Shown here: positions 45,642-56,000 of the stretch, in pieces
Layout: each line of letters opens with the position of its first letter
Position numbering within the stretch: position 1 is the first letter of the stretch
Sequence record: NC_023719.1
Length of the DNA: 64,000 nucleotides
Direction: 5' to 3' (one strand)
Made by a program: the position numbers and the translations under genes
The notes under the pieces: model-generated
Database searches by the model: none
Seen by the model: the letters and a program-made list of their open reading frames with translations, nothing else
What the model was told of the DNA's origin: nothing

Positions 45642-47381
45642 ATGCCATATAAAAAACCCGGCGCTTATGCTCGCTTTGTAAAAACTGCTTCTGCTATAAC
45701 TTCAGTTGGTGCTACTCGAGTTATGGCTATTGTTGGTACTGGTAGAATGTATTTCGATAGTCTTAATGAGAATATCGTAAGAAACAACAAAGCTATTTCT
45801 GATGAATTAGCTCGTAAAGGAGTATATGAAGTTTATGCAGTAACTAATAAATCAGTTAAACCTGCTGATTTAGACCCTAGCAATGAAGCTGTTTTAAAAA
45901 GTAAAGTAAGAGTTTATGAAAAAGATGTTGATTATACTATAGCTGTTGATGAAGCAACTGGTACAGCGAGAATCGTATGGGAAAAAGAGGCTGGTGCAGA
46001 TGCTGTAGTTACTACAGAAACGTTTGCTGACACTCATCCTTTACATGAAATCGTTTCAGCTACTGTTCATGAAGAGCACCTAATTACTGACGGTTCATAT
46101 AGAATTCAATTTACTTATATTGATAGTGCTGATAGCAGCTTTAATACTTTCGCTATTATCAATAATAAAAATGAGGAAGTTCTTGGTGAATATACATTCA
46201 CTAATACTGCTTTAATTAATGTTATCCCAGGCTTAACAATGACTGTAAGAGATTTCTCTGCTGCAAATGTTGGAGATTCTGTTAAAATTGATTGTACAGC
46301 TGCTAAAATTAAAGCTGGTTTGTTCGATGCAGATCAAACAACTTTCTACATTCACTATAACTATAAGAAAATGGATGCAGCTTTAGAACCTAAAGTATTC
46401 TCTGATTACAATAGTGTTGTTGCTGAATATGGTAACTATGAAGTTACTGCTTCTGGTAAAGTTATCAACTCATTATCATTAGGTGCAGAAATCGCATTTA
46501 CTAATGGTGTTACTCCAATCGTGTTAGTACAAGCGAAAAACGATACTGCTTATGAAATCAACACTGCGATTGATAAATTAAGAAAAGATGTTGTTGGAGT
46601 TTCTGTTATTTCAACTATTGTACCATTAAGTACTGCAAATGGTGTACGTTTACACGTATCTGCTCACGTCCTTGATATGTCTGATGAAGAAGTGGGAAGA
46701 GAACGTATGGCTTATGTTGGTATTAATAAAAACGAATCTTATGGCGAAGCTGCTTTACTTACTAAAGGTTTTAATAATGAACGTTTAGTATGTGTAGCTC
46801 CAGGTTCTGCTGTTAAAGAAATTCGTGACTTAGAAACTGGTAAAGTTAGTTTAAGAAATCTAGATGCTAGCTATCTTGCAGTAGCGGTAGCTACATTAGG
46901 TCTTAAAAATGACCCTGCCGAGCCATTAACAAATAAACCAATTACTGGATTCAGTTCAATCGGTTCAGTATATACTGAATTTGAAAAGAACCATATGGCT
47001 GAAAATGGAGTACTTATTTTAGAACAAAGTGGTAACAATATCAAAGTAAGACATGGTATCACTACTGCTGCTACTGAAGTAAATACTGCAGAGATTACAT
47101 TAGTTCAAATTAAAGACTATGTAATTGAATCGGTTAGAAAATATCTTGGCGAAATTTATATCGGTAGAAAATTAATGCCTACTGTTGTAACTGATGTTCA
47201 AACTACATTAACAAATATCTTATCTCAATTTGTATCTCAAGAAGTAATTCTTGGTTACGGTTCAGTAGATGTTGTTCGTTCTGAAGATGATCCAAGAGCG
47301 ATTGATGTTAAGTTTGAAATCGAAGCAGTTTATCCATTAAACTACATCAACATTGCATTCTCATTCTCTGGTGTAAACTAA
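45642..47381 (+). CDS. Contractile tail sheath protein
   Basis: MPYKKPGAYAR N-terminus; C-terminal VRHGITT..EITLVQIKDY..VKFEIEAVYPLNYINI sheath domain. Confidence 0.9.
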   Translation: MPYKKPGAYARFVKTASAITSVGATRVMAIVGTGRMYFDSLNENIVRNNKAISDELARKGVYEVYAVTNKSVKPADLDPSNEAVLKSKVRVYEKDVDYTIAVDEATGTARIVWEKEAGADAVVTTETFADTHPLHEIVSATVHEEHLITDGSYRIQFTYIDSADSSFNTFAIINNKNEEVLGEYTFTNTALINVIPGLTMTVRDFSAANVGDSVKIDCTAAKIKAGLFDADQTTFYIHYNYKKMDAALEPKVFSDYNSVVAEYGNYEVTASGKVINSLSLGAEIAFTNGVTPIVLVQAKNDTAYEINTAIDKLRKDVVGVSVISTIVPLSTANGVRLHVSAHVLDMSDEEVGRERMAYVGINKNESYGEAALLTKGFNNERLVCVAPGSAVKEIRDLETGKVSLRNLDASYLAVAVATLGLKNDPAEPLTNKPITGFSSIGSVYTEFEKNHMAENGVLILEQSGNNIKVRHGITTAATEVNTAEITLVQIKDYVIESVRKYLGEIYIGRKLMPTVVTDVQTTLTNILSQFVSQEVILGYGSVDVVRSEDDPRAIDVKFEIEAVYPLNYINIAFSFSGVN

Positions 47382-47466
47382 TAATTTTAAATCACAACAA
47401 CTGTTATTTGCTAAGGGTTTTTCCCTTAGCAAATAATTATATTAAGTTAAGAGGGGTGAAAAAAGT

Positions 47467-48195
47467 ATGGCAATTCAAAAAGTTAATGGTACGCAATCTG
47501 GTATACATTCAGCATATTCTTCTGCTTCCAATAAAAACTTAAATACTTACCGTGCATCAGGCATGGTCGATATGGAGAACAACCCTGGTGGTTTAGCCAT
47601 TACCACTACCAATATAGAAGTTTGGTCAAATGGCGTAAAAGTAGGTTTCATGCAATCTGCTTCTCCATCAGAATCTCGTAATATTGTGAAAGTACAAGAA
47701 TTAGGAACTGAAGGCGTTGTTCAAGCTGTACCGGGTAACACAAACGGTGGACAATTATCTATTTCTAGGTTCGCATTATATAATTCAACTTTATTTGCTG
47801 CTTTAGGTTTAACACCAAGTGGTACACATAGTGTCCCTACTTCTTTACACACTACTTATAATGCAGCTGAAGATGCTCCTTATAATGTTGGTGCTGGTAA
47901 GAATCCATTTAAAACATTGAAAGACCAAAGAGTTCCAATTGAAATTAAAATGAAAACAAGAAAGCCTATCGATTATTCAGGTTCTGACGGTTGGTATGAA
48001 GAAGCATATGTTGACTGCTGGTTATCTTCATATAGTAAAACAATTGCTTCTAACACAATAACTATTACTGAACAAGCTACAATTCAATACAGTGATATTT
48101 ATGTTGCTCCTGTTAATGATACTATTGGCGGTACAACTGGTAATACTCCGGCTGCAGATAGTAGAAATGCGACTGGTAGAGTACTTAGAAAATAA
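47467..48195 (+). CDS. Tail tube protein 1
   Basis: Follows the sheath; VGFMQS..SESRNI..GVVQAVPGNTNGGQL..R..LY and YVDCWLSSYSK. Confidence 0.8.
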   Translation: MAIQKVNGTQSGIHSAYSSASNKNLNTYRASGMVDMENNPGGLAITTTNIEVWSNGVKVGFMQSASPSESRNIVKVQELGTEGVVQAVPGNTNGGQLSISRFALYNSTLFAALGLTPSGTHSVPTSLHTTYNAAEDAPYNVGAGKNPFKTLKDQRVPIEIKMKTRKPIDYSGSDGWYEEAYVDCWLSSYSKTIASNTITITEQATIQYSDIYVAPVNDTIGGTTGNTPAADSRNATGRVLRK

Positions 48196-48218
48196 TTAGA
48201 AATCGAGAGGTGATATAA

Positions 48219-48785
48219 ATGCCGAATATTTTTAATGATGGTCAAACCCAACATTTGAATTCCCAAAGAGCCTATGGTTGGGACAGAACGGTTAATACTG
48301 ATTTAGCTGCTGGTACTAGAATGGTACCAAACTCCCCAACACAAAATGGTTTATTGCAAACTAGTACGAATATTAGAATAAAAATGAATGGCGATGTTAT
48401 TGGTATGGTTCAATCCTTAGCAGTATCAGAGTCACGTAATATTAATAAGTTGCAAGCAGTTGGTCAAGAGGGTGTTGTTCAAGCCGTACCAAGTAATACA
48501 AATGGTGGTCAATTAACAGTTTCTCGTATTGCATTATACGATAGAAAAATGATTGACGTTACTGGTATTAACAACAATGATATTGGTGTATTTGTTACAT
48601 TACGCCAACAACGTGTTCCATTTGAAATTTCATGTGAAACACCAAGTAATGCCGGCGAAGATACAGTTTTTGGTGATATCACAACATATTATGATTGCTG
48701 GATTTCTTCTTACAGTAAATCATACTCTGTTCAATCTATTACAGTTGCCGAAAACTTAACAATTCAATACTCAGACTTATTATAA
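48219..48785 (+). CDS. Tail tube protein 2 (paralogue)
   Basis: IGMVQS..SESRNI..GVVQAVPSNTNGGQL and YYDCWISSYSK, strongly similar to tube 1. Confidence 0.8.
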   Translation: MPNIFNDGQTQHLNSQRAYGWDRTVNTDLAAGTRMVPNSPTQNGLLQTSTNIRIKMNGDVIGMVQSLAVSESRNINKLQAVGQEGVVQAVPSNTNGGQLTVSRIALYDRKMIDVTGINNNDIGVFVTLRQQRVPFEISCETPSNAGEDTVFGDITTYYDCWISSYSKSYSVQSITVAENLTIQYSDLL

Positions 48786-48787
48786 TC

Positions 48788-48820
48788 AATAGGACTCTTA
48801 AAAGGAGTCCTATTTTATTT
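48788..48820 (+). terminator. Intrinsic terminator
   Basis: AATAGGACTC/GAGTCCTATT stem plus T-run. Confidence 0.75.
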
Positions 48821-48943
48821 ATATTTTGCATTTGCTTGTAATAAATACATAACTTTCAGTTATTCTTTAAATGTAAAACAAAAATGAAAAGATTCTTATT
48901 GAATTCATGAATCTTAAATATACAACGAAGGGGTTTTAAAATA

Positions 48944-49291
48944 ATGAGAAAATCGTTAGAAGATTTAGTATTTGTTGGTAGAATTGAAGAAAGCTTTAAA
49001 GTATACGGAAACGATTTCGTTTTAACTACACTAACATCAAGCGAACAATTATCTGCTACAGCGGCGACTGACCGTTATGATAATTTATCTAGAGTAAATG
49101 CGCTTAAGATTGAAATTCTTGCTCGTTCAATGAAAAAAGTTGGAGATATTGAACTTAATGATTTACAAGAAACTTTAGATTTTGTTGGTACAATGCAAAT
49201 GCCAATGATTAACGAATTGTTTGGTAAATATGAAATTTTACAAAAGAAACAAGAAGAAGCATTAAAGGACTTGAATGAATTAAAAAACTAG
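48944..49291 (+). CDS. Tail assembly chaperone (G-like)
   Basis: Between the tube and tape-measure genes; ends at the slippery heptamer A-AAA-AAC. Confidence 0.8.
   Translation: MRKSLEDLVFVGRIEESFKVYGNDFVLTTLTSSEQLSATAATDRYDNLSRVNALKIEILARSMKKVGDIELNDLQETLDFVGTMQMPMINELFGKYEILQKKQEEALKDLNELKN
49282..49288 (+). other. Programmed -1 ribosomal frameshift site
   Basis: A AAA AAC just before TAG; the -1 frame is open from 49279 into ORF 49327..50046. Confidence 0.8.
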
Positions 49292-50046
49292 CAAGCGACA
49301 CTTATAGTCGTATTCGATGGAAAGTAATGAAAGCCATTGGGTTGCCACCATCTGACCCGCGGGTAAGCCAGATGAATGACGCTCAATGGCTTTGGTGCTA
49401 TTTTAATGAAGTTCAAGATGAAAAGGAAGAAGCAGATAGCTGGAAGTCTCGCTTTGACTATTTAACTTACTTTATTAATTTCGATATGGCTAAAAGTGTC
49501 CATGAAATGAATGGTAATAACAGTAGAAAATCAAAATACCAGCAGGATGGTTTACACGGTAATAGTCAATTCAACAAAGAGATGCGCGCCGCTACTTTAG
49601 GTTATGATCCATCTAGCGGTTTATCAGTTGATGAATTTTTACAAAGTAAATTACAACCCAAAGAGAAATCTGTAGAAGGGGATACAACACCAGACTTAAT
49701 GAATGATAGCTTTGAAGAATTGCTAGCTAGTGGTGGTTTTGTAGAAGTTGCAGATGCGTCTCAAGGAATAGGGAATTCAAAAGAACATGTAGATGACTTC
49801 TTAGATAGAGCATTTGAAGATGAGCGACGAGTAATAATGCAGGATCAGTTAAGAAAACAAGAACAATTAAGAAAACAAGAAATGATGAAAGATGCACCTA
49901 TTGGTATTGAAGAAGAAGATTGGGATAAATTAAACAGCCCTGATGATAGTCATTCTTCATCTAACATAGAAGTTCCAAAAAATGACGAAGAGATAATAAG
50001 AGAGTCAGAAGAACAAGATTTAGATATTTTTGATTTTGATGATTAA
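49282..50046 (+). CDS. Tail assembly chaperone frameshift extension (GT-like)
   Basis: -1 frame reads KKLASDTYSRIRWKVMKAIGLPPSDPR...; no clear RBS before ATG 49327. Confidence 0.75.
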   Translation, partial: KKLASDTYSRIRWKVMKAIGLPPSDPRVSQMNDAQWLWCYFNEVQDEKEEADSWKSRFDYLTYFINFDMAKSVHEMNGNNSRKSKYQQDGLHGNSQFNKEMRAATLGYDPSSGLSVDEFLQSKLQPKEKSVEGDTTPDLMNDSFEELLASGGFVEVADASQGIGNSKEHVDDFLDRAFEDERRVIMQDQLRKQEQLRKQEMMKDAPIGIEEEDWDKLNSPDDSHSSSNIEVPKNDEEIIRESEEQDLDIFDFDD

Positions 50047-50075
50047 CGTTATTGTAAAAAGAGGGTGGTGGTAAA

Positions 50076-53000
50076 ATGAGTGAAAATAAAGTTATCAAAG
50101 CCATTATGGGTCAAATTAATGATTCATTTGAAAAAGTTGAAAACTATAAAATTAATGGTAACGCAGATGGTGCTATTCAAGAATTAGATAAATTAATGGA
50201 TAAACTTGGCGACGTTGAGCAGCAATTTAAAACTGCTGGTGGAGATGCATTCACTAAAAATATCCAAGAATCTTTTGCAAATGCAAAAGCACAAGTTCAA
50301 GATTATATGAACTTCTTAAATAGTTCAAAAGATCAACTTGAATTTGGAGAAATATCCAGAAATGCAGCACAAAACTTTGATAATTTAAAGAATAAATTCA
50401 ACGAATTAAATCAATCATTAAATGGAATTGTCAGCAATCCAGCTTTAGATGATTTCACTAAGAAATTAGAATCTATTAAAGACGTAAATCTAGATATTAG
50501 TGAAAAAGTTAGACAATTCGATAGCCAACTTGGTGAAATGGGTAAGTCTGTAGAGAAGTTAAAACAAAATATAGAATCTCAACTTCAACTTATTGACTTT
50601 GGTAGCATAGGTGGTAATGAAGCTTTGTCGAGTTTTGACAAAGTATTATCATCAATTTTAGAGCGTGTTAATGCAACGAAAGATCAAGTGAATTCAGAAG
50701 TTAGCAAAATGCTTTCTCCAGAACATATTTCATCAGATGGTGCAACTGAAAAGATAAACAGTTTCGTAAACGACGTTAAAAGAATGGGCGAAGAAATCAT
50801 TCAAACAAGTAATGAAATAAAAGCTAGCTTTGGTTCATTATTTTCAAACTTATCTAACGATGTAGATGATAATACTATTTCTATGTTGGAAAGGCTATCA
50901 GATGTAATCGGTTCACTAAAAGATAATAATATAGAGATTAAAAACCCACTCTCAGACTTAATAACTTCATTAAAATCTATTAATGAAAAAGACATTGATA
51001 TGGTAGCTAATTTATCGAATGCTCTAAACGACATGCTAAACATGAAATTTGACCAAGGGAACAATACCGTCTTTGGTATAATGGAACTTAATAATGGTTT
51101 AAACTCTATGAAAAGCACTATTGAAGATGCTGCTAATGTTTTTAAGAGTCTTTTTGATGTTGTTAATAATGACAATTCATTTAATAACTTTGCAAATCAA
51201 ATGAAAGATATGCAAGCTAAGATGAACGAAATGAATAGTGCAATGAATGAAATATCATCTTCATCGATGGCTACTATTAACAGTTTACAAACACAAACTT
51301 CTCATTTATTTAATCCAAGGTACAGTGAACCATTATCTGGAGCTTATGGAGATAACAATATTAATCCAAGAAATCCTAGACCAGATCAATTTTATGGTTC
51401 AGCGGGTTCAATGGGTCAAGATTTTTATCAAGATAGAAGTTACCAAAATATGATGAATCAAATGCATTCTACTCAAAATAATTTAGGTAGAATGTTATGG
51501 AATAACTATGACGAAGAAAGATATGGTCATGGTGGAGATGCCCCTTGGATAACAAGAAGTGGAAATAGAACAAAAGAAGCTTTAATTGAAAACAATGAAA
51601 TATCTGCTTTAATAAATCTTTTAAGTTCAGATAAAGGACTCAAAAGAAGCATTAGAGACTTACCTAACAATGTTAATGCTTACGGCTCTGGTGGGGCAGA
51701 TGATCAATTCGCAACTATCGAAAAACGAGTAGAAAAATATGTTCAAAATATAGAGCAACTATTATCTAAGTTTAGTAATATGAAAAACATAGATGCAGAT
51801 GGTTCTTTTGATGATATTCTATTAGAAATGATTAATAACGGTAAAAACTTTGTTAATAAGTTTGACGATGTATTGAGTGAATTGCCATCAGAAATGAGAA
51901 GAAAGTTAAAAGGTAATAGCACAATTGACGAATATAGAAAAATGGCTGACCAATATAATGCAGAAGCATTAGATAGAACAGTAAATTCAGACCTTAGAGG
52001 TAAATATGCTAGTGAAAATGCTTACACTGGCGATGGAACTGATTTCTTTTTACAAATGCTAAGCGGCTCAAAAATGAAAGGTGGAGCGGCTTCTTTAAGT
52101 TCAGCTATGCAAGGCCTGTCTTCAAATTATGATTATGACCCATCACTACGTTCGAAAATGTTATCAGCTAGTAGCTATAATGATAACATGCTAAGCAGAC
52201 ATGACAAACTATTATCATCTTTGGACGGTGGAGATCATAACTTGATTATGAAAAATGCTACTGAATTCATGGAAAGTGGAAAACTAAGTCTTGGTCAAAA
52301 CACTGGAATCATGAGCAGTTTGGCAGCTTCTTTAAGTACGTCTGGTGGAAAAGATTCTGAGAAAACACTTAGTTTCTTAAAAGATATGGATAGTCAAGCT
52401 AGAGAAACTGGTTCAGCTATTAAAGACATTATGGAGAATCTTATCCAAATGATGGAGTTGAAAGCTGTAACACTCGAAGGTGATGAAAGGTCTAAATTCG
52501 AAGAACAATTAGATAAAATAAAAGAAAAGCTTAAAGGCGTTAATGAAGAAATGGCTCGTTCTTCAGAAATACGCACTGATGCTTTTGTTTCTGCTGCATC
52601 TTCATTTGGTGAAGATGATTATGATAGAGCTGACGATGAATCTATAAGTTATTTATCAAAAAGACATAGTCAAGGTTATAGTAGAATACAGAGAAATACT
52701 AGCAATTTAAGAAGTCATGCTTATGCTGCTAAAATGGCAAATATGTCTGGTAATCCTTTAAGAGGATATAGAAGGGGAGACTTGTCAAATAACAGATTAG
52801 ATAATATATCAGATATATCTAGAGACTTAGAAGCAAGAATGTATAAGATTAATGGTCTTAGATCTGAATTTGACGAAGCAGCAGCCGATCCAACAAGAAA
52901 AGATGAAGCAAGAGATAAATTATATCAATTAAATGACAACCAATCTCAAATGAATAATTTAGCTAAGCAATTAGCTAAGCAAACTCAAATGAGTGATAAA

Positions 53001-56000
53001 GATTTAAAAGATGCTCCACCGGAAGTTAAGAATGTTTATAACGCTGTACAAGAAATGCTTGATTCTACAAAGACTTCAAATGTAGAAATGATGCAATTGA
53101 ACGAATTATTAGGCTTAGATGAGTTAAATGAAGATTTAATTAAAACAAACCAAGAATTAGATAAAGTAAGAAATAGCAATTGGGATAAATTTAAAAGTGG
53201 AATTAAAGATGTAGGGGATACTATTAAGAATAGTATAATTAGTCCTTTACAATCTGTTGGTGGTACTGCTTCTAATTTAGCTAAATCTGGTCTTGGCGCA
53301 ATGGGATTAGGTTCGCTAAGTTCTTTAGCTGTCAATCCATTTAGTTTAAGTAGTATAATGGGTGGAGTATTCTCACTAGCTGGAGATATGTTCCAATCTG
53401 ATATCGCGCAAGGTCAAGCGAAAAACACTTTAAGATCTTCTGAAATGATGGTTTATGGTGCTAATTCCGGTTCCAATGTAAATGATATGATGTCTAGAGG
53501 TTTACAATACCAAGATGATAGTTATGGTCTTATTAACTATTCAGACTTAACTAGAACATATTCAGGCTTAGCTAGTAACGTAGTAGGTCAATACGGTCAA
53601 GCGAGCTCGTTAGCTCAAAAAGATATGAATGATTTCGCAGACACGAGTTTGGCTTTACAAAAAGGTTATGGTATTGGTGAAGGCACTGTTAATGACGCTA
53701 TTAATACATTTTATAAAGAATTAAGAATGAATGTTAACGAAACTGAATACGAATTAGCAAAAATTGGACAAACAGCTCAATCATTAAATGTACCATTTGG
53801 TAAACATTTAGAAAATGTAACTAGTATGGCAAAGCAGTATAAATCTATGGGGTTTGAAGCTGAATATGCAAGTGAAGTTGTTGGTAACTTAATGTTCCAA
53901 CATGGCATGACTTATGACGACGCCTCTAGTATTGCTATGAAATCCGCTAATGCAGTAACTGGAATGAGCGATGGATGGACTGCGTTTACAGGAATGATGA
54001 ACGGATATTCAGGTAATCCATTAGAAGCTGTAGTTGGTCTTCAATATGGTTATAATCAAGATGGCACTATTAAAGACGGTGTTATAGATCAACGAATTGA
54101 AAATCTTCAAACTAAATACAATATGATGAGTATGCTAGGTGGTTCTGCTGGTGATTACGCTGTAGCTAAAACTTTAAGTAATGATGGTTTTAGTAATAGG
54201 GAAGCCGGTATGATTTTAGATGCTATGAAAAATGGCGATACTGATTTCATGAGAGACATGTTTACTAAAAACATGGAAGGAACGCTAGAAGATGGAGAAA
54301 AATTAGATCCTAATAATCCAGATGAATATTTCAAACAAGTATTTGATAAGATTAATCAATCTGCTGAAGAGCAATTATCAGTAACAGAGAAAATACTTGC
54401 AACATATAGACAAGGAATAGATGAAATTGTCTTTGCAAACCAAGATTTATTTGATTCATTAACTCCTTTAATTGGTGTAGTTGATGATTTAATGAGTAAA
54501 CTTGGAGATTTCGTTGGTGGTTTAGATGACTTTATTTCTTCTATGAAAGATATGTATCAAAATAGTTTCTTATCCGACTGGGGTATGAGTGACTTCTTAA
54601 CTGCTGGATTAGTTGGTGGTGGTCTTTATGGCGCTGCTAAGGTTGGTTCTAAAGCATTAGCAAGAAGAGCATTTTCTGGTGGAGGAAGTAGAGGCGGAAA
54701 TTCTAGAAATCGTGGTGGAGATGACGATGATAGCGATAGAAGACGCGGTACAGGTTCCGGTTCTAGAAGTATTGATGTAGATACAGATACTCATGGTAGT
54801 TCCAAATGGTCTAAGTTTAAGAAAGCTGGTAAAGCTGGTGGTAAAGCCGGCTTATTACTTGGTGGTGGAGCTCTTTTAGCCGAAATGCTATTGGGTGGTG
54901 GTGAAGAAGCTTCAGCTGCCGAAAACGATTGGGGTGCTATGCTAGGTGGTAGTGGTTATAACCCTGGTGGAGATTCTGTTGAAACGCCTGAAAGCGTATC
55001 AGTATTAAAAGATATTTACAACTTATTAGCTGGAAATGGAGTTTCTTTAAATCTTAGCGGTGCAACTGGTTCAAGTTCTTCCACAGCTGCAGAAGAAGCC
55101 GCAGCTATCGCTACTGCAACTAGTGGTGGAGCTGGAATGCTGCAAAATGCTCTTTTAATTGGTGGAGCTGGAGTAGTTGGCGGAGGAGCTATGTCTCTGT
55201 ATAGAGATAGGAACAGTAAAGGTGGAACAACTACATTCTTAAATAATTCTCAATCTGCTAGACAAGCTGCTATTGATGCAGAAGATGAAGCGAGAAGAGC
55301 GAGAGTTCAACAATCTTATGAGATGAATAGAGCATCTGGCCAGACCGCTTCTGAAGCTAAATTAAATGCAGATAGGGAAGAATCGCTAAGAAGTAGAAGT
55401 GCGTTTAATAGAATGAGCCAAGCTGACTATGAAGATTTATTTAAAACTAGCAATACTAAGGGAATAAAGGGAGCGTTAAAAGGATTAAAAGGTGTTAAAG
55501 CAGCTCCTGTTATTGGTAGTGCATTAAGTCTTGGTTTAAGTGCATGGCAAGTTAATGATGAGTTTAATGATATTAATGCGTTGGCTCACATGACTGGTGC
55601 AAAAACCGGAACAGCAAAAGCTGGTTCAGTAGGAGATGCTAGTTTATCAGCTACTTTAATGGGACTTGGTGCCGTTGGCGGTTCATTCATCCCTGGGCTT
55701 GGGAATATAGCTGGAGCGATTGTCGGTGGTGGACTTGGTCTTGGTTTAGACTGGCTAGGAGATAAAACTGGCGCTAAAGATTGGGTATTAGACAAATTAG
55801 GTATGGGTAGTGAAGATGTAAAAGATTCGCTAGCTACATCTGGTCAGCAAGCGGCTGCTAAGAGTTATCAGAAGAGAATGGGACAATACGGTTATGGTTC
55901 TATTAATGATGATTTTGCTTTAATAGCTTCAAGTTCTCAGCAAAAACATGGAAAATATTTATCTGGTCTATCTCAAGAAGAAAAAGATGCTTGGTCATCT

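Noticed and set aside
5697-48901. TCTTATTA as a late-promoter consensus (5697, 36339, 45593; variant at 48894)
   Set aside because: It lies upstream of several structural genes, but such an AT-rich 8-mer is expected several times by chance in 64 kb; needs TSS data
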